Positions 1 to 10,442 of a stretch of DNA of 64,000 nt are shown piece after piece. The position numbers were made by a program, and so were the translations under genes. The DNA lies in contig OZ244744.1 in the NCBI GenBank assembly GCA_965219455.1, forward strand, positions 4,288,001 to 4,352,000, given 5' to 3'. Under the pieces are notes generated by a model. It was given only the letters and a program-made list of their open reading frames with translations. It searched no databases and was not told the DNA's origin. Source of the stretch: Candidatus Latescibacterota bacterium (GTDB lineage: Bacteria > Latescibacterota > UBA2968 > GCA-2709665). How positions within the stretch are numbered: position 1 is the stretch's first letter; each line of letters starts with the position of its first letter.

Positions 1-852
1 GGTGGCTTCGGCAATGGCGAAGATCTGCGCCGCGGGATAGATACCCCCGGCTTCGGCCACATAGACATTGAAGACGTCCACCGCCCCGGCCTTGATGCAG
101 GCCATCGCGTCGGTGGGCGTCCAGACACTCTCGTCGGCCATAATGGGTGTGTCTACGTGATCCCGGATGTGCCGCAAACCCTCCAGATCGCTGAAGTGAA
201 GCGGTTGTTCCACCAGTTCGAGCCGGTAGGGTTCGAGGGATTTGATATTGCGTACGGCCTCTTTGGCGTTGCGCCAGCCCATGTTGGCGTCCACACGCAG
301 TACGACGTCGTTTCCCACACGTTCTCGGATGGCCTTTACCGTGGCAAGATCGGCTTCCGGATCCATGCCGATTTTTGCCTTGAGCGTCTTGTATCCCTGG
401 GTCGCGAGAGAGGCGGCCTGTTCGGAGACCTGATCCGGTTCGCCCATGGAAAGCGAATGGCTGAGCAGAACGCGATCCCGGACCAGCCCGCCCAGCAGGT
501 TGTAAACCGGCGTGTTAAGTGCCTTGCCAACGATGTCGTAAAGGGCCATATCCACGCCGGCTTTCGCCGGTTCGGAGCGGTGGAGCAGGCTGTTCATCAG
601 GGCGTGAATTTCTGCGATACGGAAAGGATCCCGGCCCGAAAGCGCTTCTGCAAGCAGATCGTTGATATCTTCGGCCTGACCCCGGCCCTTGCGGTCCCAG
701 ATGCTGCAGATTTCGCCAATCCCGGTAATGCCCTCATCGGTCTGGATTTCAACAATCGCGTTTTCCGTTTCCTGGCTGCGCCCAAGACTGCTGGTAAAGG
801 CTTGCGGGCGAGGTACGCGGATCGGGGTGGCCTCTATGCGGGTAATCTTCAA
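1..852 (-). CDS. Enolase-superfamily enzyme (mandelate racemase/muconate lactonizing family), 3' end runs off the window
   Basis: Not in the ORF track (truncated at the edge). Manual translation from TTG at 852 (RBS AAGGAG upstream): MKITRIEATPIRVPRP...VEIQTDEGITGIGE...AGVDMALYDIVGKALNTPVYNLLGG...LKAKIG...RVDANMGW...LVEQP...PIMADES...DVFNVYVAEAGG; KxK and D/E/D metal ligands present. Confidence 0.9.
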   Translation of the reverse strand, partial: MKITRIEATPIRVPRPQAFTSSLGRSQETENAIVEIQTDEGITGIGEICSIWDRKGRGQAEDINDLLAEALSGRDPFRIAEIHALMNSLLHRSEPAKAGVDMALYDIVGKALNTPVYNLLGGLVRDRVLLSHSLSMGEPDQVSEQAASLATQGYKTLKAKIGMDPEADLATVKAIRERVGNDVVLRVDANMGWRNAKEAVRNIKSLEPYRLELVEQPLHFSDLEGLRHIRDHVDTPIMADESVWTPTDAMACIKAGAVDVFNVYVAEAGGIYPAAQIFAIAEAT

Positions 853-942
853 ACTGTGCTCCTTTCCGTGGCTCGAATCTGTCCCTGCTTTCCAGGACGG
901 TGCTGTCACAAAGAAAGCGGCTCCGTCAATGGCGCGGTGGGA

Positions 943-2505
943 TTACTCGTACGGATCGAAGAATGTCAGATCCGCACCAAAGTTGTCCATAGCCACCACT
1001 TCGTCTCCCCGCAGGCTTGCACGGATCTGACGGGTCCGGTGGTCCAGGACGACCTCCCGTTCGACGAGTGGGAACTCGAATGTGATCGGGCGGTTGAGCG
1101 GGGGCCGGGCGACGTAGAGATAGCCGTTGGTGTGGCGCGGCTTTTCGCACGCGCCGCGGGTGCGGATTTGTGACGCTTCCACCCAGTCCGGGATACGCAC
1201 GAACAGCGGCCCCTCGCGTTTTACGCGGACACTCAGCGCCGGATGGGTGTAGGGTGATTCAATCCTCAGGTCTGGCGTTTCGTGGTCGAAGAGCAGGTTG
1301 ACCCGGTGGCCGGCGCCGTCGGTACGGACGATTTCCCGGTAAGCCTCGCAGAGTGAGGCCACCCCGCCCCCCACGATATCCATGTTGAAGCTGATGAAAT
1401 CCGTGTCGATCGGATGGTGACCGTAAGGGGCTGGAAAGCCGAAGGCGCCGAGGTGGCGGTCGGCGACGGCCCGTTTGCCGTCTTCGCACTCGGGGTTGGG
1501 TGGATCATCGATAAAGGATGTGTCACGCAGTTGGGAAGGCAGGATATGGCACCGCAGGATGCGTTCGGCGTCGCCGTAATACTCGGGATATCCCCAGCGG
1601 CCGAGGATCAGGGCGGTTTCGAGAATGTCACCGGAGTTGTTGATTTCTCCCCGGTCGGCAGGCGCATCGGCCCCGCTGTTTTCGATGACCCAACCGAACG
1701 GATCGCTGAATTCCCGGAGGCCGTTGTCGTAGAAGGCTTTCACGCGGCTCATCAGATCGGCGTCGGACGTCAGTTCGGCGAATAGGGCGAGTGACGACAT
1801 CACGCATGTGGTGGAGTGCGTATGGGACCCGAACGTCTCGCGGTTATAGTCGCCGCTGTCGTTGAAAAACTCCAGCGCCTTGTCCTTGAGGACGATGGCC
1901 AGGTCGAGTGCGGGACCGTATCCCGTTGCCTTATAGTACTTGACCAGCGGGCCGATGGATCGACCGAGCCCCACGATAAAGGTGCAGCGACGAAACCGGA
2001 GTCCGAGTTTCCCCTCCAGGGTGTTGTAATCCCAACCGGTTTCTGGACTCCAGTACTTCGGAATCGACCGGATACTGGCTTTGGCGATCTCCCGGGCGCG
2101 TTCGGAATGCCGGAATCGGACCAGCGGGTACAGCGCGTGAAATCCTTCCCGGCAGTTGTGCGGTGTGAAATTAACCGGCGGCCCGTCAACGGAGTCCCGG
2201 TTGATTGGCAAGGCAACGGGACCGCTGTACGCAAGAAAGGCTGCGTTGGCATGGTTGTCGACGCAGCGTTCATCCAGTTCGATACCGATTGTGTCTTCGG
2301 CGTTGAGCAGGGCGTTCAGGTGGCGCCCCGAAACATGGGATTCGGAATGCACGGAACTGAAGCTCAACCGGGCTTCCGGGAGCACCCTTGAACTGAAAAA
2401 TGGGACGTTGTTGTCGTCGGCGTTGAACACGTTGCACATGGTGCGGCAGCCCAGACGGATGGCGTCCGCGATATCGGTTGTGTTAACGTTCCGGAGTTTG
2501 GACAT
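943..2505 (-). CDS. GH127 (beta-L-arabinofuranosidase)-like (alpha/alpha)6 glycoside hydrolase-related protein, no signal peptide
   Basis: Start at ATG 2505 (MSKLRNV). HTHS motif, GEINNSGD, YGDAERILRCHILPSQ, C-terminal LFVRIPDW beta-sandwich resembling the GH127 C-terminus. Confidence 0.6.
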   Translation of the reverse strand: MSKLRNVNTTDIADAIRLGCRTMCNVFNADDNNVPFFSSRVLPEARLSFSSVHSESHVSGRHLNALLNAEDTIGIELDERCVDNHANAAFLAYSGPVALPINRDSVDGPPVNFTPHNCREGFHALYPLVRFRHSERAREIAKASIRSIPKYWSPETGWDYNTLEGKLGLRFRRCTFIVGLGRSIGPLVKYYKATGYGPALDLAIVLKDKALEFFNDSGDYNRETFGSHTHSTTCVMSSLALFAELTSDADLMSRVKAFYDNGLREFSDPFGWVIENSGADAPADRGEINNSGDILETALILGRWGYPEYYGDAERILRCHILPSQLRDTSFIDDPPNPECEDGKRAVADRHLGAFGFPAPYGHHPIDTDFISFNMDIVGGGVASLCEAYREIVRTDGAGHRVNLLFDHETPDLRIESPYTHPALSVRVKREGPLFVRIPDWVEASQIRTRGACEKPRHTNGYLYVARPPLNRPITFEFPLVEREVVLDHRTRQIRASLRGDEVVAMDNFGADLTFFDPYE

Positions 2506-2887
2506 CGGGGGTCCCCCTTCACGGGCCCGGCGATCGGAGCTTGGCGTGCCGGCGCAATTCGCTGTTTTTTGTTCCGCGGGTCTGTGCGATTGAAAATTCG
2601 GCTTCGTAGCCGGTGAAATTTCGTATAATATATCCATCGTCTTCGCGTCCTGCAACCCCCTTGCGCATAGCAAGGGTTACGGCAGTTTTTGCCTTGACTT
2701 ATGGCCTTTCATTACTATCTATTCATTGCTTGAGGAAATGCGGACCGAAGCCGTCGATGTCCGGGGCGACATCCAGCCATAACCGGATTCGCGCGTCCTC
2801 GATTCGGCGGTATGATCGAATCAGACGCGCTGGGGCGAGGTCTGATGATTCGCGCGGACGAACAGATAACAGAAAGGAAGAACGCCC

Positions 2888-3766
2888 ATGGAAGAAATGA
2901 TCAGGTTCTTCGTGAAGAACGGTTACATTGTCGTGCGCGACGCGCTGACGGATGAAGAGGTTGCCGAAGTCAACGACGGAATCGCCGCAGATCGGGCCGC
3001 GCACCCGCAATATTGGGTGCCCGCTCCGACCGCGTCCGGTCATCTATCCGTGGGCTGCGATGCGCCCGAGCTCCTCCAGCGGACCGAGGCTCTGGACGGA
3101 CTGGCCTGCCATCCCTCAATCGCACCCATCGCCCGATGTATTCTCGGCCAGGGCGCGCAAATGTCCGGTCTGACGTTTCTCAGGCGCGAGCCCTGTGACG
3201 TCCGGCCCCCCGAAGATCAGGACGGTGACGATCCGCTGTGTCTCACGCGCGTGTGGCACCGGGAAGACAGTGGAAACGTGGAAGGCGCCAACCGGAACGA
3301 CTTTTTTGTACCGGCACTTCAGGTGATATTTTATCTGGATGACGTTGACGCCCGATCTCACTGCTTTAGCGTCATTCCGGAAAGCGTCGAGACCAAGAGA
3401 AATCTGCCCACAACGCGCACCGGTAGCAGCGGTTGGGGTGCAGTCGACCGGCTGCGGATCGACGACGCCGAAGTCAGCTACGTGGATCCGGAGAATCCGA
3501 CATGGGTGGACGCTTTCGGACGCGAACTGACTCGCCGCACGGGTCGGGTAGATATATACGGGCGGGCGGGAACGGCTGTCGTGTTTAACAATTGCAGCTA
3601 TCATTGTGGATCCGTCAGACACACCCGGCGTCCAAGGCACACGGTGCATGTGCGGTACCGTCAGCCCGAGCCGGTGGCCTCTCGACATGCACTCAAATCG
3701 CCATGGGAGAGCGTAGCCCAGTTTTCGATGGCGCTGCCCTCCCGTCCCACAATCGGAAAGCTGTAA
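2888..3766 (+). CDS. Phytanoyl-CoA dioxygenase (PhyH) family Fe(II)/2OG dioxygenase
   Basis: FFVKNGYIVVRDALT start, WHRED, YLDDVD, GTAVVFN...YH motifs. Confidence 0.85.
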   Translation: MEEMIRFFVKNGYIVVRDALTDEEVAEVNDGIAADRAAHPQYWVPAPTASGHLSVGCDAPELLQRTEALDGLACHPSIAPIARCILGQGAQMSGLTFLRREPCDVRPPEDQDGDDPLCLTRVWHREDSGNVEGANRNDFFVPALQVIFYLDDVDARSHCFSVIPESVETKRNLPTTRTGSSGWGAVDRLRIDDAEVSYVDPENPTWVDAFGRELTRRTGRVDIYGRAGTAVVFNNCSYHCGSVRHTRRPRHTVHVRYRQPEPVASRHALKSPWESVAQFSMALPSRPTIGKL

Positions 3767-3940
3767 ACCCAACGAAACAACGGCACCGATTGTCGATGAT
3801 CTCCCGGTTGCCTTGCCCGTCCGCCGAATTCCGGGTTAATTGGTCCGCCGACGGTAATCGGCGAACCGGACAGAACAGGCGCTTTCTTTTCAGGTCGTCG
3901 TTCCTTTTCCGTGAATTGAAATCAACCGAAAGGACGTATC

Positions 3941-4921
3941 ATGTACATAGGAACCCAGGTCGGATGTCGCGATGAAACCGATATAAAGGTCCTTTCGCAG
4001 CTGGGCGTGTACAACGTGGACCAGATGCCAACGGCGCAATGGACCGAATGGACGGCGGAAATGCTGATCCGAATGCGCGAACGATTCGACCGGTACGGCA
4101 TCAATCTCGAGATGATTCACATTCCACTCGGGTCAGGCTCTGCCTTCAGGAACCCGGCGGGTGCCGTGTTTCTGGGGCCGAGCGATGAACGGGATCGGCA
4201 GATCGACCGGCTGTGCGATATCGTCCGGATGGCGTCCAGGGCGGGGCTTCGCGGTCTCAATTACAATATTACCATTCTGGGCCACCTCCGGACCGAATCC
4301 CGATACGGTCGCGGCGGGGCGCGGTTGTCCTCTTTTGAATACAGGAAACTGGACCCGTCGCTTGGAGAATTCAAAGGCGGGGCGGCCGATGCCGATACCA
4401 TGTGGGGACGCATCGACTACTGGCTCGGACGCGTTATGCCGGTGGCCGAAGAGTACCGTATTCAGATGGCCTGCCATCCGTCTGACCCGGGTATAGGGGA
4501 TCCCACGTACCGGGGCGTAGCCCGTGTGATGGGCATGGTGGATGGGCTCAAGAAGTTCGTTGAATTATACGACAGCCCCTACAACGGGCTTAATTTCTGT
4601 CTTGGCACGATATCCGAAAGCCTCGAAAATCCGGGTGAAGACATCTACGAAATTATCCGCTGGTTCGGCCGGCGCAAAAAGATCTTCAACCTGCATTTTC
4701 GAAATATAAGGGGTGGATTCAGGGACTTCGTGGAGGTATTTCCCGACGAAGGGGACGTGGACATGCTCAGAGCGTTGCGGACGTTCAAAGAGGTCGGTTA
4801 CGAGTATATGATCATGCCGGATCACGTCCCCGGTATTTCGGGGGAGGAACCTGCTCAGGTCGCTTTCGCCTATACGTACGGGTACATCCACGCGTTGTTG
4901 CAGGCGGTCAACGAACCCTGA
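3941..4921 (+). CDS. Mannonate dehydratase (UxuA)-like protein
   Basis: MACHPSDP, NGLNFCLG, HFRNIRGG...FVEVFPDEGDVDM, MPDHVP, AYTYGYI motifs. Confidence 0.85.
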   Translation: MYIGTQVGCRDETDIKVLSQLGVYNVDQMPTAQWTEWTAEMLIRMRERFDRYGINLEMIHIPLGSGSAFRNPAGAVFLGPSDERDRQIDRLCDIVRMASRAGLRGLNYNITILGHLRTESRYGRGGARLSSFEYRKLDPSLGEFKGGAADADTMWGRIDYWLGRVMPVAEEYRIQMACHPSDPGIGDPTYRGVARVMGMVDGLKKFVELYDSPYNGLNFCLGTISESLENPGEDIYEIIRWFGRRKKIFNLHFRNIRGGFRDFVEVFPDEGDVDMLRALRTFKEVGYEYMIMPDHVPGISGEEPAQVAFAYTYGYIHALLQAVNEP

Positions 4922-4930
4922 GAAAACAGT

Positions 4931-7291
4931 TCACGCATTGCGGATCCGGATGAGTCTCCACTCGAGGCTTGAAAGAGGAAATTCCAAAACGCCGTCCCTG
5001 ATAGGGACGGTTTTGTTTTTTAGGGTATCCTTCGCATTCGCGGAAGCCCGGAGGCCTAACTCCTTCATGTTCAGCCTGACCGTGACGGTCTTGCGTTTGT
5101 TGTCCATGTTGGAAATAGCCGCAAGTACGCCGTTTTCGGGGTGGCGATAGATGCTGGCGTGGGCGTTTTTAGGAGAAACGCGTATGTAGTCGTGGTTCCG
5201 CCAATATGGAATCCATTCCGCGTTTTGGCGGCCGAATGCGTCCATTGCCCGCCAGATTTCGGCAGCGAGGTCCAGGTCTTCGTCCGCATTGTGCGGTCGG
5301 ACGGGCACGTCGTGCAACAGCGTGAATGCCCAGGCCTGTTCATACGTGTACGCGGCGCCTGCGTGGAGGAATTCGGCGGGTACGCCCCACTGGCGGCCCA
5401 TGAATTCAGCGCGAAAGGCGTCCAGGGGTAACAGTCGGGCAACGTCCACCCCGCTGCCGACGCCCTGAAATTGCTCGCCGTCCCAGTAGCCTGTCGCCCA
5501 GCCGAGGGAGGGCATGGTCATGCACGTGGAGTTGTGAACGTTAACATGCCCGTCTTTCTTGTGGGATTTTACGATTTCGTAGATGCGCCGCATCGCGGAG
5601 CGCGCGCTGAAGATTGGATAGGTCTGGGCGATACTGCCGTCAGCTCTGACATGCCCGCAGCCGTGTTCGGTGTTGCAGCAGCCGAACGGATATTCGGTCC
5701 CGTCCAGGTAGACGCCGTCGATGTCGAATTCATCCATCACGCTTGCGATGCCGTCGGTGAGCAGGTCCTGCCATGGGCTGTTGAGGCAGACTCGCCAGGC
5801 GGCCTGTTCGGGCTGCGGCTGGTAGTGGAAGACGGGATACCCGCCCTTGGGCAGGATGAGCGCGTCTTTGCCCAGGGCCTGCCATTCGTCGATGATGTCC
5901 GAAATGAGGAAGCCGAAATAGAGCAGGATCTGGAGGCCGCGACTCTTGCAGGCCTCGACGATTTTTCGGACTTCGGCGGCATGGGGCGTCCGGGTATAGG
6001 CTTCGGCATCCGTCCAGTGTTCAAAAAGTACGACGGCGCGGACGCCCGATTCTACACATCTGTCCAATAGAGCGTCCGAGACGTTGAGGCGCGGGCTGAA
6101 GCCGGTTGTGGTTTGGCCGATACAGAAAACACGCTGATCCCAGGCGTCGTTCACGATGGGCTTGACGGGGGTGGCCTGCAGCCCGAAGGTATATCGGAGT
6201 CTATCTGTAACGACGCCGCCGGGCGTGAGCGGCTTGACGTCTTCGGTTCCGAAGCCCGTGAATTGCCCGCCCTCGCTGCTGCCTGGAACGAGTTTGATTG
6301 GGGTCGAGACACAGTGGATGCGAAGCCGCACACGATTCTTCCGCCGGTCGATTTCGGTGACTTTCCGTGGATTGCGGATGTGAAAGCCGGCGTCCGATTC
6401 CGTAAACAACGAAATGCCGCGATCCTCGTCGCCAAGCCATATGTACGGGCGAAACCCAAGCTTGAGATGGCTTTCCGACAGCGCCCCGACGTTTCTGACC
6501 TCGCCCCAGCTTCCCGGAAAGTGGTACAGGTACTTGGCGTGGTTCTTGAGAACGGGCATTTCAACCGAAAGCGCGTCGAGGCGCAGGATGGTGCTGGCCG
6601 TGACGGACCAGTCTATTCGCGCCATTCCGTCGAAGTCGATCTCGGTTCTGGCAGTCACGGCGAGACCAGCAGGGGATTCAAAACGGACATTGAAGACCAC
6701 CTGGTCTCTCTCTGCCGAGATCAGTTCGAGATGGCCGCTGGTCCAGCGGGTTTTTTCGCCGTTTACTCGGGCGACCGGCCTTAAGGGGCCGGCGAGTAGC
6801 TGGCTGCCGGCGGAACTCACCCCCGAGGCGAAAGCGGTCGTTGAAAAAACATATGTTCTGCCCCAACAGCTGATTTCCAGGCCGTCCCCGGATTCCGACG
6901 TGGCCAGTGGCGTCCATGGTTTGGTCACCTGGCGGGAGATTCCGGCACGGGACCCCAGCCATGGGAGGTCGCCCGGCCATTTGTCCTGAAGCGTCCGGGT
7001 GGCGAACCGGGTTCCGAACCGGTCGACAAACGTGGCTTTGAAGTCGCAGCATCCCGACGGGATATTTCGGGTGTCGAAGGCGACTTCGTCATGCCCTATG
7101 TTTCTGATGACTCTGCGTTCTCGTGTTTCCCCTGAGCGCGTACTGTACAGGACCAGTTCAACTCGGCCGCCACGTGCGAGATGGGCTTCGCCGAGCAGGT
7201 GGACCCTGGCGTACACCTTGCGATATTCATAACGGGTGTAAATCATCACGGTGACCGCACGGGCGGACGATTGGGTTGCGGACGAGGGCAT
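4931..7291 (-). CDS. DUF6067/GH123-like putative glycoside hydrolase, no signal peptide
   Basis: 786 aa ORF; PWTPL...CWGRTY, EIDFDG, FGLQATPVKP, DGVYLDG, YWDGEQ, FRAEFMGRQWGVP, WIPYWRN motifs. Confidence 0.6.
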   Translation of the reverse strand: MPSSATQSSARAVTVMIYTRYEYRKVYARVHLLGEAHLARGGRVELVLYSTRSGETRERRVIRNIGHDEVAFDTRNIPSGCCDFKATFVDRFGTRFATRTLQDKWPGDLPWLGSRAGISRQVTKPWTPLATSESGDGLEISCWGRTYVFSTTAFASGVSSAGSQLLAGPLRPVARVNGEKTRWTSGHLELISAERDQVVFNVRFESPAGLAVTARTEIDFDGMARIDWSVTASTILRLDALSVEMPVLKNHAKYLYHFPGSWGEVRNVGALSESHLKLGFRPYIWLGDEDRGISLFTESDAGFHIRNPRKVTEIDRRKNRVRLRIHCVSTPIKLVPGSSEGGQFTGFGTEDVKPLTPGGVVTDRLRYTFGLQATPVKPIVNDAWDQRVFCIGQTTTGFSPRLNVSDALLDRCVESGVRAVVLFEHWTDAEAYTRTPHAAEVRKIVEACKSRGLQILLYFGFLISDIIDEWQALGKDALILPKGGYPVFHYQPQPEQAAWRVCLNSPWQDLLTDGIASVMDEFDIDGVYLDGTEYPFGCCNTEHGCGHVRADGSIAQTYPIFSARSAMRRIYEIVKSHKKDGHVNVHNSTCMTMPSLGWATGYWDGEQFQGVGSGVDVARLLPLDAFRAEFMGRQWGVPAEFLHAGAAYTYEQAWAFTLLHDVPVRPHNADEDLDLAAEIWRAMDAFGRQNAEWIPYWRNHDYIRVSPKNAHASIYRHPENGVLAAISNMDNKRKTVTVRLNMKELGLRASANAKDTLKNKTVPIRDGVLEFPLSSLEWRLIRIRNA

Positions 7292-7345
7292 GCATGGCTC
7301 CTTCCGGTGACTGACCGTGAGGGGTGCGTCTTCCGGCGACGCCGG

Positions 7346-8824
7346 TTACATAAACCGAAGGCCGCGCTGGCCGCGCATCGCGCGCGAGGGAGCGGGTACG
7401 TATTGCCTGGCGGGCAGGCCGACGAGTTCGCCGTTTTTCAGCCAGTTGAGATCTTCGCCGTAGAGGTTTTTTACGAGGCGTTCTTTGAGTCTGTTCAGGG
7501 TGTCTGCGTGGCCGGTGTCGCCTGCGAGGTCTCGCGTTTCCCGCGGATCGTTGGCGATGTCGAAAAGTTGGGCCTGGTTGCCCACGGGATAATAGATGAG
7601 TTTGAATCGCCCGTCGTGTACCATTCGCATCGCCGCGGATCCTACGCCGTGTTCGCCGTAGAGTTCGTTGCGGCGCCGGTCGCCGGCGAGGCTCTGCCGG
7701 TCGACGTGATCCGGTATGGGGATGCCCGCCAGGTCCAGCAAGGTGGGCATGATGTCCCCAAACTCGGCCAGACGGTCGTCCCGCGTTCCGCCGGGAAGAC
7801 GAGAGTCGTCCTTCACAGGCATAATGACCAGCGGAATCTTGGCCGACATTTCGTAGAACGGCGTCATACACCACAGGCCGTGTTCGCCGACCATGTGACC
7901 GTGGTCGCTCGTGAAGACGACGATGGTGTCGTCCAGTAACCCGGATTCCCGCAGGTATCCGACTACGATCCGGATCTGGTGGTCGATATGGGTGAGCGTA
8001 GCGTAGTAGGCGCGCCGGGAAAATTCCCATTCGTGTTGTTTGGCGCGTGCCATCGCGAGGTTGTCAGGGTTGGTGAGTGTTTTGATATGGTAAGGCAGGT
8101 CATCGAAGTGTTCCGACCAGTTACCCGTGGCCGGCTCGTCGAGGGGCGCATCCCGGTAGATTTCCATGTAGGCCTGCAGCGGCGTCGTGGGCGGATGCGG
8201 CGCGGAAAAGGAGAGGTACCAGAAGCCGGGTTTTCGCGGATCCCTCCGGCGAATGTATTTGCACATCTCTCTTGCCGCCCAATTGATCGGGTGGCAGTAC
8301 TCGGGCAGGTGCCAGGCACGTGCGATGTAATCGTTCTGGGTCATGCCGCCCGCGTATTCCTGCCCTCCGTAACCCTGTTCTGCCAGGAAGAGTTCGTAAT
8401 CATCGGCAATCCCGTCCGGAATATCATGATGAATGTGGCGGCCTTGCTCCTCCAAAAGGACGTCATCGAAGCCGACCCGGCGGCGTTGTGGGTACACGTG
8501 CAGTTTCCCCACGGCGTACGCCTGATAACCTGCATCGCGAAAGCATTGTGCGAGGGTGGGTGCGTCGGGAAAGTCCACGCCTTCGGCATAGGTGCGCATT
8601 CCGTTCGCCCTCGGGCTCATGCCGGTCATCAGCGAGCGCCGGGCGGGTATGCAGGAGGGGCACGCGGAATAGGCATGGGTGTAGGTGACGCCACACCGGG
8701 CGAGGTGATCGATCGTCGGCGTCGTGACAACGGGGTGCCCCGCCTCGCCGGTCAGCATTCCGCTCCAGTGGTCCGTGCAGATCAGCAGCACATTGGGCTT
8801 GTCGGAACGAATGAATTCGGGCAT
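7346..8824 (-). CDS. Sulfatase (Cys-type, formylglycine-dependent; choline-sulfatase-like)
   Basis: Start at ATG 8824 (MPEFIRSDKPNVLLICTD); CIPARRSLMTG (CxPxR), VGKLH, PHPP, FTSDHG. Confidence 0.92.
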   Translation of the reverse strand: MPEFIRSDKPNVLLICTDHWSGMLTGEAGHPVVTTPTIDHLARCGVTYTHAYSACPSCIPARRSLMTGMSPRANGMRTYAEGVDFPDAPTLAQCFRDAGYQAYAVGKLHVYPQRRRVGFDDVLLEEQGRHIHHDIPDGIADDYELFLAEQGYGGQEYAGGMTQNDYIARAWHLPEYCHPINWAAREMCKYIRRRDPRKPGFWYLSFSAPHPPTTPLQAYMEIYRDAPLDEPATGNWSEHFDDLPYHIKTLTNPDNLAMARAKQHEWEFSRRAYYATLTHIDHQIRIVVGYLRESGLLDDTIVVFTSDHGHMVGEHGLWCMTPFYEMSAKIPLVIMPVKDDSRLPGGTRDDRLAEFGDIMPTLLDLAGIPIPDHVDRQSLAGDRRRNELYGEHGVGSAAMRMVHDGRFKLIYYPVGNQAQLFDIANDPRETRDLAGDTGHADTLNRLKERLVKNLYGEDLNWLKNGELVGLPARQYVPAPSRAMRGQRGLRFM

Positions 8825-9043
8825 ACGCGACCTTTCATTTGATGATGGGTTCGGATGAGCGTTTCGGCCGTTGCGTTGGGATCGTTCGCGGTCGGGTTTG
8901 CCCGGGAAACGTCGGCGTCGACGTACGTCCAATCAGATTACACGGGAGTAACTTCGTTCCCGATCATCCAGGTACAATGGAACGCGCCGGAAGTCAGGGC
9001 GGCTCGCATCCGTGTACTCTGAACCGTTGTCCGTGTCGGCTGC

Positions 9044-10312
9044 TTAATTATTTTCGAATCTGTCCACGCGCAGGGGGCCAAGGTCAATCGCGGGAGTTTG
9101 GCCGGTGACCACTTGCGAGACCAGTTTGCCCGTGATGGGTCCCAGCGAGACCCCGATCATCGCATGTCCGGCGGCAACGGTAAGGTTCTTGTAGGTTCGG
9201 CTGCGGCCCAGAAACGGCAGACCATCCGGGGTACAGGGCCGGAGGCCGCGCCAGGTTTCGATATGTTTCAGGTTGTTCGGGTTCAGGTCGGGCAGGTAAC
9301 GAGGAACGGCATTGAGAATGGCTGCCACGCGCCGTTTATTGATGGAAAGGTCCATCCCGGCCAGTTCCAGAGTGCCGCCGAAGCGAAGCATGTCGCCCAT
9401 GGGTGTAACGGCCACTTTGGATTCTGCGAGCGAGGCGGGAACCTCAGGGCACCGGTCCGGTCGTTCGAAGGTGACGCTGTAGCCCTTGGCCGGCTGGATG
9501 GGCAGTTTCAGGCCGAGTTCCGAGGCAATGGCGGGCGACCAGGCGCCGCCGGCGAGTACGACTTCATTCGCACTGAATTCGCCCCGCGTGGTGACGACCG
9601 ATTGGATCCGGCGGTTCCTGCCCTGGAAGCCGATGACTTCGGTGGATGGGTGAATCTTGAAACTTGCACGGTTTTCGTTGATGTGACGCGCGAGTTCCCT
9701 TACGAATCTTGCGGGAACCAGGTGGGCGTCCTGTGGATAGTACACGGCGCCCGCGGCGTGGTAGTTGGCCATCGGATCCAGTCTTCCCAGGCCGTCCTGG
9801 TCGAGTATTTCCGTCCGGATTCCCTTTGCGGACAGAATGCCGGCTTCTTTGATGCCTCCGTCCAGCCCCTGTTCGGTCTTATAGACCATCAGGCTGCCTT
9901 TTTTCTCGAAACCGAAATCCAGGCCTTCGATGGCGGCGATTTCCGTGAAAAGCTGCACGCTCGCCAGGTTGAGGTCCCTCAGGACCGCCAGGGATGGTTG
10001 CATGCGCGCCGGGGTACAGGCCGCTTGAAATTCCCACAGCCATTTGGCGAGTTCCAGGTCCAGACGGGGCTTGATGTAGAATGGGCTTTCAGGATCGAAC
10101 ATCCACTTGAGCGCTTTGCCGATAACGCCCGGAGCGGCGAGGGGAATGCTGTGGCTGGGGACAATCAGGCCCGCGTTGCCGTAGGAACTGCCCGCGCAGA
10201 TATCGGTTTTGTCGACGAGGACAACGTCCTTTCCCGCTTCTGAGAGATAGTGCGCTGAGCATACGCCGATTGAGCCGCCGCCGATGATGAGGATGTCGGT
10301 CTTGGTTTCCAT
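9044..10312 (-). CDS. FAD-dependent D-amino acid dehydrogenase (DadA/DAO family)
   Basis: IIGGGSIG Rossmann motif, SSYGNAGLI, QPAKGYS, WRGLRPCTPDGLP, GHAMIGVSLGP. Confidence 0.9.
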   Translation of the reverse strand: METKTDILIIGGGSIGVCSAHYLSEAGKDVVLVDKTDICAGSSYGNAGLIVPSHSIPLAAPGVIGKALKWMFDPESPFYIKPRLDLELAKWLWEFQAACTPARMQPSLAVLRDLNLASVQLFTEIAAIEGLDFGFEKKGSLMVYKTEQGLDGGIKEAGILSAKGIRTEILDQDGLGRLDPMANYHAAGAVYYPQDAHLVPARFVRELARHINENRASFKIHPSTEVIGFQGRNRRIQSVVTTRGEFSANEVVLAGGAWSPAIASELGLKLPIQPAKGYSVTFERPDRCPEVPASLAESKVAVTPMGDMLRFGGTLELAGMDLSINKRRVAAILNAVPRYLPDLNPNNLKHIETWRGLRPCTPDGLPFLGRSRTYKNLTVAAGHAMIGVSLGPITGKLVSQVVTGQTPAIDLGPLRVDRFENN

Positions 10313-10442
10313 TGAGTGGACCTTACCGCGGGATCGGTCAATAGTCGACGGCGTGCCTGCGGGACGTCTGCGGCTGCCACATGTGCCGACCGCGAAGGCA
10401 TCGTCGGGCCGTGGTTATTCGATGGTTATGACCCAAAGCGGA

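Noticed and set aside
157-1173. 338-aa plus-strand ORF
   Set aside because: Shadow of the minus-strand enolase-family gene (1-852) and the 3' end of the GH127-like gene
9098-10243. 381-aa plus-strand ORF
   Set aside because: Antisense to the D-amino acid dehydrogenase; no recognisable features
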